Shown here: positions 42,418 to 55,093 of the stretch, in pieces | Numbering within the stretch: the stretch's first letter is position 1 | Layout of the letters: each line of letters begins with the position of its first letter | Origin: Penicillus capitatus | Lineage: Eukaryota > Plantae > Chlorophyta | Assembly: GCA_965649825.1 (NCBI GenBank) | Contig: OZ287713.1 | Location: 118,644-182,643, forward strand | Direction: 5' to 3' | DNA length: 64,000 nucleotides | Notes under the pieces: generated by a model | What the model was told of the DNA's origin: nothing | Database searches by the model: none | What the model saw: only the letters and a program-made list of their open reading frames with translations | Translations under genes and position numbers: made by a program

Positions 42418-43260
42418 ATGGAACACAGTCACGCTTCTTCAGAGCGACGCCAACCTGTTGTGCTGCTGGACGTTGGAGGACAGTCCTTCAAGATATCGCA
42501 GCAGTCGCTCAACCGCTATCCGAACTCGCTTCTCTCCAAAGTGGCGAACGAATTTCCAGAACTCATCGACAAAGGAGAGTCACTCTACATTGATCGGAAC
42601 CCAAAGATGTTTTCCTGGATTCTCGAAATCTACAGGTACAATAGACCATGTATGGCTGCACACCTTATTTGCACTCTTACTAGGGATGGAGATTATGCAT
42701 CTTGCATTCCGTCGGTTCAGTCGGAGTTTCTCCAGAAGGAGCTCGATTTCTATCAGCTTCCGAATATGGAGAGCCTGTATCATACGCAGCATCTCCCGGT
42801 CGTGTTTTCCAAACAGAGGACAAAGAGAGAGCTCATGATTCAGGTATTGCAAGAGATCGAGGCATCCGGTTTGCGAAGCATGTTCTCCTGGGATCTCTAC
42901 ATCTATTTCATTGTCGTGCGAAGTCATCCACATCATCAACGGCGCATCTGTGTTCGGGTCCCTCGCGGTATGCGAACGCATTCTGCTTACTATAATGAAG
43001 GAGAGCACAGCGATTTCTTTGCTGCCATGCAGTGCAGAAATGGTTCTCCCTGTCACCTCAACGGGCAAATCATCTATCCTTCCTCCACTTCCGGCAGCAA
43101 CTACGCTGTTCCCCTGAACATTAGTGACATCGTTCAGCTTTTATACGATCCGGCATCAGAGCACGGGATGCAAGCTGTGACACATTCGTACAATCAACCA
43201 ATGGATGAAGGTGATGCGATTATTGTCAATTGTGTTCGCCTGCACTACGCCTCAGAATAG
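42418..43260 (+). CDS. BTB/POZ (KCTD/T1-type) domain protein
   Basis: VLLDVGGQSF......LNRYPNSLL...YIDRNPKMFSWILEIYR...KELDFYQL. Contains a stop-free in-frame intron at about 42637-42684. Confidence 0.88.
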   Translation: MEHSHASSERRQPVVLLDVGGQSFKISQQSLNRYPNSLLSKVANEFPELIDKGESLYIDRNPKMFSWILEIYRYNRPCMAAHLICTLTRDGDYASCIPSVQSEFLQKELDFYQLPNMESLYHTQHLPVVFSKQRTKRELMIQVLQEIEASGLRSMFSWDLYIYFIVVRSHPHHQRRICVRVPRGMRTHSAYYNEGEHSDFFAAMQCRNGSPCHLNGQIIYPSSTSGSNYAVPLNISDIVQLLYDPASEHGMQAVTHSYNQPMDEGDAIIVNCVRLHYASE

Positions 43261-43560
43261 AAATCATGGTTTCTGTCTCATGGCAATAAATTGGATCTTT
43301 CTCACACATTTTACTCACTCTTTTGTTTGTTTGTTATTTGGACAAGGTAAACAAGAAAGCAGTATGTATTTCTGTCGAAATGAATACTTTTGGTTAACCA
43401 ACGTCATTGGCTGCAACCGATCGACCCTAATCGTCGAAACATTCGGTCTTAACGATACGAAGACACAACAAGCCTCGTATTGACTGCTGAAGAGTTCTGC
43501 GATTCTTTGCAGGAATTGACGGTCATTGCTTGACTCCGTATCGAACACACTTCAGCAGCG

Positions 43561-45269
43561 ATGTCATTATCCCGCAGCGAAGCACGGCGTCTCTTTGGAT
43601 TCGTCCACGAAATGCTGCAGAAACGTGCCTATCTCCTGATGCTCTTTCTCGCATTGACGCACTTCGGTACGCTTTGTCAGACGTCATACAGCCGCGTGCA
43701 AAGTACTTCTGATCAGGGTGGGGTCTCATAGGGGGATTTATCCCAACCCTGTCCACGCGTTACTTTGTCTCAGAACAGACGGACGAGGAGGATTCGTGTG
43801 TTGGTCAGTCGGATGGACTGGATCCAGAGGACAGCATCTGCAAACAAGCACATAATCTGGCAGTCTTCTTTGATGCCGGGAAGCTCTTTGTCTCGCGGCT
43901 CTTTCTGTCGATCGTCTTCGGCTCATACATCCACCGATACAGCACGATCTATGGCCGCAAGCCGTTTCTCCTACTCGCACTGCTCAATGCACTGATCCCG
44001 CCACTCCTCCTCCTTCTCCACCTTCAAGCAAATATGCCATTCTACTGGTGAGCGTTCCGGTGAGGACACCTATTAGACATGAGGTGTGTCCGGGTATGCA
44101 GGTTCTATGTTGGCAAAGCGTGGGAAATGTCTTTCGCTTTGCCTTCTCTCTGCCATTGGTACTTCACCGACCTCATCGACGAGTCATCCGCAGATATGGT
44201 GTACTGGGCATATCTCATTCTGGCTGCTTTCTCTTCTTTCTTGGGATCGATGCTGGTGGCCAGCAAAGCGATAGAGGATGCACTGCACGCAGTCATTATC
44301 TTGTTGGTATTGATCAGCGTGGCATTGCTGCTCAGTTTTGTTTTTCTGCCGGAATCTGTTACGCCATCTGCCAGTCTGAATAGCCTCTTAGCAGCTGGCG
44401 ATGTGCACAACAATCTCAGTCGGGCGTCATATCTCTACTGGATTCGCCCCTTCGAAGACATGTACGCCTCCTTTCGGCTTCTGCCGAGAAAGGCTAACTT
44501 GACCTACGTGATCCTGGTCTATGCGGTTTTCGAACTGATCCAACAGAGAGATTCTGAGCTGGAGCTACAGTACCTTCAAGAAGTCGCAGAATTCAGTACA
44601 GTGGAGCAATCAACCTACCTTATGGTTCGTTTCTTGGTCGCCACTTGTGTCTACAGCATCATCTTTCCTTTCTGGAGCCTTTTCAGCAATCGCACATACA
44701 AAGATGCTTTTGGATTCGGATTCGTCATGGTGGCAGTGAAGCTGTTTGGCATGATCTTCGTGACGTCCAAGAAGCTGGCCTATTTCCTTGAGATGTTTGG
44801 GGCTATGGACGCCTTGATCACTGTGATGATCGATCGCGTTCTCGATCACCACTGTACCGCCTCGACTTCCCCCTCCGTCCATCAAGCCGTGTTAGGGATT
44901 CGTTCCTTGGCCCAAGGACTCTCCCCTCTTTTTCATGCTTCCGTCTTCGCGCTCTTCCGTCTCGGAGGGCTCTACTTTCCCGGAGCTCCTTTCGTTTCGC
45001 TTTTCGCTCTGGCTCTTGTGGGACTGTTGCTTTTGCTGAATATTCGTGTGGAACAGTACGGGTTCGTTACGCCAGTTTCCATCTTTCTGCGCATCGTCAC
45101 ACTGACTTTTCATTCAGATGACGAAGATCTGGAGAATTGCATCAACTTGCCGGTATCTGGCAGGGGATATGTCTCGGAAGAGGATTCGAATAACTCCTCG
45201 TCAACAACCGCTACATCCGCCGATGAAGATGAGCCATCGATGCTCCCAGCAGAGGATCGTTTCGATTGA
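43561..45269 (+). CDS. MFS transporter (HIAT1/tetracycline-efflux-like)
   Basis: Multiple TM segments, YGRKPFLL (MFS motif A region), QAVLGIRSLAQGLSPLFH...FPGAPF, and an acidic C-terminal tail. Confidence 0.8.
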
Positions 45270-45554
45270 GGGCACTTCTGTTCTGTACAGCAGAGACAGC
45301 AACGCATTGAAAGGCATCCCCCTTCAGAGAGCACGGGTTGCTTAGATCTTACACTTTCACATCATAATCATAGTTTGGCGCTTAAGCATTTTGTGCATCG
45401 TTGTGTTCTCGGGAGTTCGTCAGGAGACAAAGAACATCTTCTATGAACATTAGATAGGCAGAGACATAGATATACACATCGAAAACAGTCTCTGTCAAAT
45501 CACCACGAGTATGTGTGGCAATGAAGATGGAAATGTAAAGCATCAGTACTACAT

Positions 45555-48272
45555 TTAACCGGGATACTTGATTGAGTGAGGAAAGAACGCACATGCAACG
45601 TCGATTAGGAACAGATTGTGTGTACAGCTACTAGCGAGGGTTGTTAGAGAGGAACGGGCAAAATGAATAAAATGGTCCCTCCATTCACACGAAGCGACCT
45701 TTCTCATCTTTCTGTTTAGAGCAGGCAGCACGCATCGAACAAAAAACGAAACGATGGCTGTGTGGAGGAAGCTTGAGACTGCAGCCATTGCTTGGATGCA
45801 GATCATAAGTCTAGGTCTATCTAGGGGTTCCGTATGGAAAATTACTTGAGAAGTCCAGCTACTCTCCAGGCAACTCTCACCGATGTGCGTGTGCGATCTC
45901 GCGCATTCTGTGGCAGCATATTGATCTTGTCCTTCATAAATCTCTTCATTCTCTGATACCACAGGCGTCGGGACTGTGGAAGCATTTGAAAATAGACATC
46001 ACATGTCTTGGTTTGTACACTGTCCGGTTCTTCCTCGAGCTGAAAGACGATATGCATCTGCAGCTTCAGATATCGTCGATGTACACTTCCGATACTGGGC
46101 GACGGTGCGCGAATGTATTCCGACTGGATCTTGCTTGGCTCGATCAAGGCAAGCACGTCAAGCCGCATATCATTCTGTTGCGTCTCGCGGAATGGCAGAT
46201 CCGCCGTGCCTCCGTCAGGCAGCACAAGAGATATCCGATGTAATCTGAGGTCTGGAATATTGAGATCATCCTTGTGCGAGATGCAAAGACGGAAGAGGAC
46301 CATTTCATCGACTCGGATCAAGTAAACCGGATGGTTTCGCAGTTCTTCGTCTCTGTGGCCTGTATACGCCGGTACTCTTGCTCTCTGATAGAAAGACCTG
46401 TCTGTATCCGCGTCCTGACAGAAAACCTCGATACCCACGTCGAAGAGCAAATTAGACGCGGCTTCAGCACGGAACATATCTCGAAGGCGTTTGACGTCGT
46501 TCTGCATCTGTCAACACAAAGGCTATCGGCAACGAGATCGGTGATGGATAGGATGCGCGCCTCGGCCATCAATCGTGTTCGACAACCCTCCACTTCGACG
46601 GATCGGAAGATGACATCGGCCAGCGCTTCGTCCACAGACATTCTTTGCTCGGCTCGTATGTCGAGGAGCTTATTAAGGAAGAGATCATCCAGCTGTTCGT
46701 CAGTGATGCTGACTCTGCCCTTGGCGTCACAAAGACGTCGCCGTCTATAGTAGCGATCCATCTCATCTGATTCCGTTTGTTGCGCTCTGCCATCGACTTC
46801 GTCATACAGACTCGTGGCATCCAGAAATGTCTTCCCTAGATCGTCACCAGATCCAAACGTGGACGGTTCGTATAGCTAGCTGGCTGTCGACATACCTGTC
46901 AGCATTTCCAGGGCGATAGCACCGAAGGACCACATGTCGATTGTGTGTTGGAGATGAGAGTGTGTCAAGAGATGCTCTTCCATTCGGTTGATCTCTGGAG
47001 CTGCATACTTGCCCTTCATTGCCTGGACCGAGACGCGACCTCCAGAACGTGAGGCATAGGCCATGTCAATAAACTTCCAGGTGAAGTCTGTTGAAAACCA
47101 CATGATGTTGGTCGGATTCACGCGTCCGTGAATCACACTTTTGTCATCCATTTCTTTCAAGCCTTGGAGAATCTGTATGCAAAACGTCGACGGGCAGGTT
47201 CAGACATGCAGCAGAGAATAAATACCACATAGAGAATCGCTTTCTGTTGAATTAAGCATGGACGATTTCGAGCGAGCCGCTTGGCCAGAGTATAGTCTCC
47301 CCTTTCGAAGACGATACATGGCGGGCAATCCGTGTTGTCGATGACGTTGAGCATTCTAAAAGCACAGTCCCTTATGCGCTGTATCTAAATGGCATCATGT
47401 ATCCGCACTTGCAGACGTGGGGGCTACACTCCATCAGCTTATGCATTCGGACGGAGTTTTCGAAGGCTTCCCTCGATTCGGGAAAAAATTTGAGGAAAAC
47501 GGGAACGTGCTCTTCTTCTAAGGTATCTACTGCGAGACGACAGTGTGGGTTATCTCGCACTCGACCTGCTTCGATTCTATACCTACAGTGAAGGGCATAT
47601 GTTCATCTTTGCTCAGCGGGCAGCATCTCACTCATACCTCTCAGCAAAAAGACATCCTTCTGTCATCCTGGCTACATTCTCTAAAGGATCCGTATCATCT
47701 TCGAAATCGACATTGTCTTCTTCATGGATGCTGTGTAGTGACATGGCGGAAAGCGCCCTTTCCAAAGCTTCAGCCGAGGCACTCACGTTCTAAAGCGTGA
47801 CAACTTTTGTTGGTCAACTCCGAGTGCGATCCATCCACATTACCAAAGACGTTCGACTCGACAGGCTTCGGTTGGTGATGGTAGGAGAATGTACAGTGTC
47901 TGGCGACAAGGAAGCTCCGTATTCTGCACGGACCAATAGCTTCGCGCATCGAGGGATGGGCATCGTACCGTAGTCGGAGACAGAAGAGACGCAGTGAGTG
48001 ACGGGCGACTTCTTAACGCGGAAAAGCTTTCCCGTTTCATCCTTGTCTACGGAGTTGGCTAAATGGTCGGCGTCTTCGGGAATCCGTAACTGCAGAAGGG
48101 GTCTTGTCGGCGAGTCGGAACAAAGACTCTCCATGGAAGCGGGGTTGCTGTGTGCTGTCGGAACAGGGAAAAGACTACTGGAAGGTGCGCATGCCACCGT
48201 GCCACCGCTCGACGACTCTTGTCGTGGCGAGGCGAAACGCGTCAACGCGACATTTCCACCAGCGAATTCCAT
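45555..48272 (-). CDS. Protein-kinase-fold protein, probable pseudokinase, with long N- and C-terminal extensions; multi-exon
   Basis: VFLKFF (beta3 Lys), CIVFERGDYTL, VIHGRVNPTNIMW (HRD-loop Asp replaced by Arg), WKFIDMA, YAAPE, IDMWSFGAIALEMLTG. Confidence 0.8.
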
Positions 48273-49928
48273 GGAATCTTCTCCGGCTTCGGTTAGGTCT
48301 ATACAGACAAGCGAAAGCTAATGCGCGTTATCGTTGTGGGAGAGAGAATGGACGCGTTTGGTTTATCGCGTTGGGAAGAGAAGATATTGTGGCATTGTCT
48401 CCTGCCATGTTTGTCGGATGATTTCGCGGAAAATTGCTAAGTGTACGATGCACGATAGGTTTCAAAGATACCATCAACGGTACGATGCCGCGGCACGAGA
48501 CTTACGTTTAAGCATCTGCCTTTCTCTGTCGTTCAGCACGTCGCCTTCACGGTAGCTGGCGCTAGATATGCAGCTGTCTATACAGATGGTCTTACTTGCG
48601 GCTGCAGCATTCCGAGAGGCGATTGCTGGACGCGCGCCTTTACGTTTGGTGTCGAAGCGATCGATGACGACTGTTCTGTTTGTGAAAACGGCGGTGTTCT
48701 GCAGCGTTGTGCACACAGAAACACACTCTCGTTGGCGCAAGCTGGTATCCGTCTGTAATGTGGCATCTATTGCATGCGCGAATGATTCAGTTCAGAACGA
48801 CTTGTCTTACTGCGAGGGTGATTCCGCTGTCGGTGTGTCGAAACGACAGCTTCCGACAGATGCTTTATCGAATCCTTTCGTAAAAGAGAGTTCGTGGCAG
48901 GATATGCTCTCCGTGTATCAAGCAAGTTAAGCAATGTGCGTCGGCGCTTGTACAAAGCTTGATGGCTGTGCTGTCGTCGGATGTTGACAGTCGACGAGAA
49001 AACGCGAGGCAGGTTTTGCGTAACCTCTCATGACATGCTTTGCCTTGAAGTTCGGCGAGTCTTCTTCTTCTGTTGCGACAATTGTATGGCGTGTCATGCA
49101 CGGTTTTGAGAAAACGTATCGACGAGTAGCTTTTGGCTGGTTGATGTCGTTTGCTGAAGTCGCGCCGCACCTTTTTTGGATTCTTTAATGATTGATAGTA
49201 ACGCGTCGAGTTCGACGAATATGAACATGTGGCTGATGAGTCCTTACCTCTTCTTTGCAGGTTTAAGATGTGTCTATAAGCAGAAAAAACGACAATACGA
49301 TCAATTGGAAATAAAGCTTGTGAGACATCACATTCTGAGAGGATGATTGATGGAACAACAACGACGTTGTAGATAAATCCAAACGTTAAGAAGGAAACAT
49401 ACAGAAAAACCATGAAGTCGATTAAAAAATTTCTTGCCGCAAGCAGTAGCAACGTCGTAAGCTCTAGCATACGAAAAACTTTTAGGAAAAATACTTGGAA
49501 AACACGACGTTGGATGAATTTCGGTTGCCGTGTGCAGCAGAGAGGATGTGACGTCCGTCCGTTCTTTCGTGAATCCGAAGAAATGACAATCTTTGCCATT
49601 CTGCAAAATGCCAAAATATGGAATCATTTTAGAACTGATCCGATCTCTCTGACAAAGATCATGTAACCTCCATCGATTTCGTTTCGTACACAGTCATCTT
49701 TTGCAAACAACAGATATTGAGGGCATCTCTGTTTAGCGTCAATGCATCTGACGACTCAGGTAACGATGACTTAGAACACATAGTATTCCTGACGAGATGT
49801 TTGAACATTTTTGTGCATTGTCGCTGTGCGTTTACATCCATCTGTCACAGATCTTGAGCCCTCCTCTAGCGAAACTCGAGCCAGCATCAAGAGAAATGTC
49901 GTTTCCATGAAATACACGTCACAAGCAG

Positions 49929-50692
49929 CTATCGTTTTTCATCCCAGAGTCCTTTCAGGTGTCGTCCCCCTTGACAACCGTCGACGATATCGGCAGCCTG
50001 TTGTAAGATCTCCTCTGCAATTTTATCCGCATTCTGTCGGGCATCGATTTCCACCCAGTTTTCTCCGTCTCTCAGTTTCTGGTAGGCGCTTTGAACTGAG
50101 TGCTGCATCGGCTGCGTTTCGTAGATCTCGTTCCCGTAGTCTGATCTCTTCGACGCGTGTTCCACTGGCAGATTGAGAAAGAAGACCACATCTGGTGCGG
50201 GAAGTCTTCCTCCTTCGATCCCTTTGCACCACGCCATGTCCAGTCCTCTCACATTCTTTGCCATCGTAAAGGCAACCCCAGAGTACGCGTAACGATCCAA
50301 GACGATCGTCGTCCCGCTCTTCAGTTTCCTCAAGACCTCTTCACTGTGTCATACAGAACGAACCTTGAGTGCGACGATGGTGCGACAGAAACTTCGTAGC
50401 TCACCGTTTTTCGAATCGATTTGCGGCAAACAGCAAATGCGTCACATCGGGATCGGCGGAGAGCTCTTTCTTGAGGTAGCTGTCAAGCACGGCACCTATT
50501 GGCGTCGATCGATCCGGAAAGTGCATCTTCTCGGCGTCGATCTGCGCGTGATGCATTCACTTGTTCGAATCACGATTGACCCGTCGGCGTTACGTGTCGA
50601 GCTTTGAGGTTTTCTACGAGTTTGTTCACCTGGGTCGTCTTCCCACTCCTGTCCACGCCTTCGAAAACGATAAAGGCGCCGCGAGACGCCAT
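49929..50692 (-). CDS. TMK: Thymidylate kinase
   Basis: RGAFIVFEGVDRSGKTTQ, FPDRSTPIG, HLLFAANRFEKR, IVLDRYAYSGVAFT, LPAPDVVFFL, YGNEIYET..MQ. Confidence 0.97.
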
Positions 50693-51230
50693 TTCTGACC
50701 ACATCCGACAGGTCCTCTGCGAATGACTACAGCGTCGATATCGCCAACCTTTAGACCACGATCTCCAGCGGAGCCTCGTCGCGACTCGCATGAAAGTGAA
50801 ACGTGTCGTTCGTGCTTATCAGGCGATGTACGACAAAACGACGACGACGACGACAGAGATCGACAACGGAAAACAAAACGCCGCAGACAGAGGTGTCTCG
50901 TCAACGACTTCAAGATGCGAGGCAAGGGATCCCGTCCATTCGGGAAGACATCCAAATCATGAATCGTCACTGCGGTAGTCTCTTCCTCGTTCCTTTCTCT
51001 CTCATCAGAGTGGGATAGGAGATCATCGCCGCCGAGATGCTCTGCCAGAGGATCGAACCGACGCCCAACGCAACGGTCAAGGCAGTCATCGGTGCATAAC
51101 GCGCTGATGCTTAGAACATTTATTCAAAAAAGGTCAGTCGAACATGTCCCCGCAGCGCAACCGCGAACAGGGCCTGTCAGATAGATAGCTTGTAACCATG
51201 CTACCTCGACGCGTTGGATTAATCCCACTG

Positions 51231-52423
51231 TTATCTGTCAACGCATGGGGCGGCCAGTTCTGCGTATGTTCTCTCGGAAGCGGCAAGGAGCTTCTTGACG
51301 CCATCGAAGGTCGATAGCCGGATTCCTGCACTTCATTGGTCGCTGCGTTCACGGAGGGCGGCTCACACCTTTGTTGGGCAGATTCTTGATCGCGTTTGGG
51401 ACAAAGCCGCGGTAGAGGCCTCCAAACCCGTCCTCCTTCACGATAGAGCTCGTGATTCGGCGATACGACGCCCCCTCCGACCCCAGCTGCGCCACACGCC
51501 TGCGACATTGCTTGCATCGCGGACGGACTCCGAAACACGAAGGCGCACCGAATGGTGTCGAGTGGGTAGCAGAAGGACGTTGCGATCAGCGCCGCCATGA
51601 AGCCTCGGAGGAAGGAGGGAATCGACCTCGGCAGGAGATCGTAAGACGCCAGTTCCAACGCCATGTACGGTGCGATCCCGAGCACAGCTGGCTTGACTCC
51701 TCGATAAAACGCCGGCACTCCTCCCTCCCTGAACAGCGTCCCGAACGCCATTCTCACCGTCGTCACCTCCGGATCCACCGCCAATCGAAACCGGACCGTG
51801 TCCAACGGGTACGTCGCCTGTGAGCACAGATCTTGCGCTCGGTCATGCGGACGGAGATTCGGCGGCTTACGAAGGTCGAGCACATTCCTGCCGCCGCGCC
51901 GGCGATGAGGCGCCGCACGACGGGGAGGTTTCCGTCCTCATCCCGCAGCAATCGCTTGAAGATCTCGTACGAGCCAAGCTGCACGGCGCTGTAGGGAACC
52001 ACGCGGAGAAGCTGCACACTCCATCACTGGACACTCGCACTGCGGCTTTGTGCATTAAGGAGTGCTTACCTGCGGCAGATTGCCTTTCCAGAATCCGAGG
52101 ATGCCTTCCTCCTGACAGATTGCCCAGAGGGCCCGCAGGAGTCCTCCCCTCAGGGCAGCCTCGCGGACAGCGCCTTTCTGCAGACCGCCTCTCACTTGCA
52201 GCAGGATCTTGACGCGGTCCAGTGGCGCGACGATCGTCTTCCCGAAAGCTCCGGCGAACGCTCCGGCAGCGAACAGGACAATGGGCGTCGGCACCAGCGA
52301 CAGGATTGAAATCGGCCGTTGCAGGAGGACGGACAGAGGCGGTCGTGCAGTTGTCGTCGCGGCGAGGGTGCGTATCACGCGTCGTTGCGATCGAAGCGCC
52401 TCTCTGCTGCGCCCTCTGCCCAT
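51231..52423 (-). CDS. TAAC: Mitochondrial carrier family protein, thylakoid ADP/ATP carrier (TAAC)-like
   Basis: APLDRVKILLQ, GFWKGNLPQLLRVVPYSAVQL, YPLDTVRFRLAVD, CYPLDTIRR, GLYRGFVPNAIKNLPNKGIRLSTFD. Three solcar repeats after an N-terminal extension. Confidence 0.9.
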
Positions 52424-52495
52424 GAAATCGGAACCCTAGCGGCGACGAGCATCAACGTCGGTTTATCAGTCGTACAGGCGACCATTGATAGAAAA

Positions 52496-53368
52496 ATGGC
52501 ACAGAACGACGAGTCCGCTGCACAACCTTCGGCAGCGACACTCGACACGCAGACACGCCTGCAGCTCGCCTACGCCGCTTTCGGCAGGCTCAAAGACTAT
52601 GGAACAAGCGTCCTGAAAGAAGTGACACCCGCCCAGTGGTCGTGTGTCGTACAGGAAATGCGCCTGCACTAGAGGAAACCTTGGTCGGAGCTCCTGGACC
52701 GCTCTTCTTTTGCGAGACCTCCTTCGACGACAGAGGCACGGCTCGTCCAGCGAGGGAGAGGGCGTGGATGCATGTGTGCTTCTAGGCGGTGTCCCGCTTT
52801 CGGCAGAACCTGCACTACTTTCGAATCAACTACCTGATCATTCTGCTCTCCACCATCGTCCTCTGCATGATCATGAGTCCGCAGTCGCTCCTCGTGCTGC
52901 TGGCGCTGTTCGGTTCATGGATTTATATGTTCATCGTCCGAACGGCTCCCCTGACAATCGCCGGAAGAACTCTCGGGTGCGTCCCATCATCGCATTGCAT
53001 TCTCCGTCTCACTCGCCTGCAGGGAGCGCGACAAGCTGATCGGCATGACAGCGCTCTCCGTCATCGTCGTCTTCTTCCTGACCAAGTAAGCGGCGCCACG
53101 GATGCGACACATCTGTCTCATGTTTGCGAAGCGTGGGGACGGTCTTGCTATCCTCAGTGATACTGGGCTGCGGCGTCATCGCTCTGCACGGAGCCACACG
53201 CGTTCCGGACGACCTCTTTATCGACGACAGTCAAGTGAGCGGCTACCCTTCATCGCGCAGAGCACCACCGGTCACTCTTTCACTGTGGTGATGCAGACGG
53301 CCCCAAGCATCTGGTCCATCCTCAAGGGAGAGCAGACTGGCCAAGCACAGATCTCCACCGTCGTCTGA
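52496..53368 (+). CDS. PRA1: PRA1 (prenylated Rab acceptor) family B protein
   Basis: RKPWSELLDRSSFARP, SRFRQNLHYFRINY, LHGATRVPDDLFIDD. Confidence 0.95.
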
Positions 53369-53439
53369 TGCTTTCGTGATGTGCGAGTGACAATTAAACG
53401 CTCGCGCCACTTCGCGTTCTGTGCGTTCGTGCGCTGCAA

Positions 53440-53444
53440 TGTAA
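53440..53444 (+). terminator. Candidate TGTAA polyadenylation signal downstream of PRA1
   Basis: TGTAA about 70 nt after the TGA stop. Confidence 0.35.
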
Positions 53445-53809
53445 CGAATGCATCTCCAATCTGGCTGACTTAACATCTGCCTTTATCAACAACTTAGGAT
53501 GTCTACATAGATGTCGCCGTTTGACGCACGACAGCTTTCTGCGGAATGCAGTGGTTGGATGTATATCATTGAAACCGACCAACGATGCCACTCCTTCTAC
53601 ATGAAACGAAATCACCGGATCCAATCGTTAAAGGCAAGACGGTGCTGTCGAAGACATGAGCATGGTAAAGATAACTGTGACGGCTAAACGTTTCAACTGG
53701 AGAGTAGAAAACGAACAAAGAAAGAATGAGTTCAATGGGGACGCAAACGTGCGAATCCTGTTGGAGTGTTTTGCAGCAGTGAGGGACTGCAGATCGCGTG
53801 GCAGTGCAT

Positions 53810-54220
53810 TCAGCGGAGGGTCTTCTTCCACTCGGCCGGCTGAATCATTCCCGGTCCGTACTCTTCGAGGAGCTCCTTTTCCGCCTGTTTGTGGGCCCAC
53901 GTCTCGAGGCGACTGTCCGGCGCGGCCATCATTCCAATAACGAGAGCCAGTCCACCACCACCGTAGGTCAGGTAGCTGTTGCATGTCCACAGACGGCGTC
54001 GGAAGGGGGCGGAGAGAGGGAGGGAGGAAGCTTACTACATCATCTCCCATCCCTCCCATCGGCGTTTCATCCCTGGCGGTGGGGGCGTTTCGCCGAAGAG
54101 GAATCCGTTACGCCCCGTCTGTTGGCCGGGTGCCCAGAAGCTGCCGCCGGGCCATGTCGCGGCCCCTCGGCTGCGGAATGTCCTCAAGGCGCTGAGAGGG
54201 AGGCGTCGGAGAAACGACAT
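53810..54220 (-). CDS. NDUFB11: Complex I accessory subunit NDUFB11/ESSS (NUO17-like); 2 exons
   Basis: GSFWAPGQQTGRNGFLFGETPPPPG.KRRWEGWE, one TM segment, and PDSRLETWAHKQA. Confidence 0.8.
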
Positions 54221-54514
54221 AACGTATCGGACAGTTCGCAGCGAAAAACGAATCGCACGATCAATCCGCTATCGCTCAGTCAGATGATCATTCGGCTCGC
54301 TGCGCGTGCGTACGTGCATAATGCACAGACAAACGTTCGTCAAGAACGGCGTCCCTTGCTCGCATCAACGATGTCAATTAATCGACAACGACGTGTCTGT
54401 GTCACACCGGTCTTGAATACATTTCCATGTTCGAATCATGTAATCCCTCCCCCCTTTGCAGCCGGTGCGTGTGTTCAAGGAATCCAAATGGCAGCACGGG
54501 TGCTGACTTGTCCC

Positions 54515-54991
54515 TCAGGCCGGGAGGTAGTTCCTCTCTCCCGTCAGTGGCACCTGGACCACGTAGCATATGAGGGGCACACCATTGAGGTCTGATGCGC
54601 GTATGACAGCATTGTAGACGCCGCGTACGAAGAAGAGCGGCACAACCCGGGAGTACTTAATGGTCACTTCTTCGCCCTTGCGGAAGTTGCATTCGTCCTT
54701 GAGGCCCAGAATCTCGCAGAAATCGCCGTTCTCAGTGTAGAACGGCACGAACCTGCGAAATGCGCGGCGCTTCACAACGACGCTGTACGTCCCTCCTGAT
54801 ACGTCTCGGGTCGAGACTCCTGTGACCGTGAAACGCATTTCGTTTCCTCGTGTTATCTTGTCATCTTCCAGGTACACTGTCCCCGATGCCACCGCGGGGG
54901 AACCACAGTCTTCCATCTTCAACTCCGTACGCGCGAGTGCACCCGTCGCCAACGCGCAGAGAACGAGAAATGAATAGAAGGCACGCAGCAT
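54515..54991 (-). CDS. ML-domain (MD-2-related lipid recognition, NPC2-like) secreted protein, copy A; intronless
   Basis: Signal peptide, EDCGS, FCE...EC, VP.F..RG.Y......DLNG.PLIC; 158 aa. Confidence 0.85.
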   Translation of the reverse strand: MLRAFYSFLVLCALATGALARTELKMEDCGSPAVASGTVYLEDDKITRGNEMRFTVTGVSTRDVSGGTYSVVVKRRAFRRFVPFYTENGDFCEILGLKDECNFRKGEEVTIKYSRVVPLFFVRGVYNAVIRASDLNGVPLICYVVQVPLTGERNYLPA

Positions 54992-55093
54992 TGCAGAAGT
55001 GTTCTTCCTGAGTCAAAAATAACAGAAGCTCAAATGACAGCCAGGTAGGTAGGTACCAACAGCACTAGTGCAAGGATGATGATGCGCCACGTA

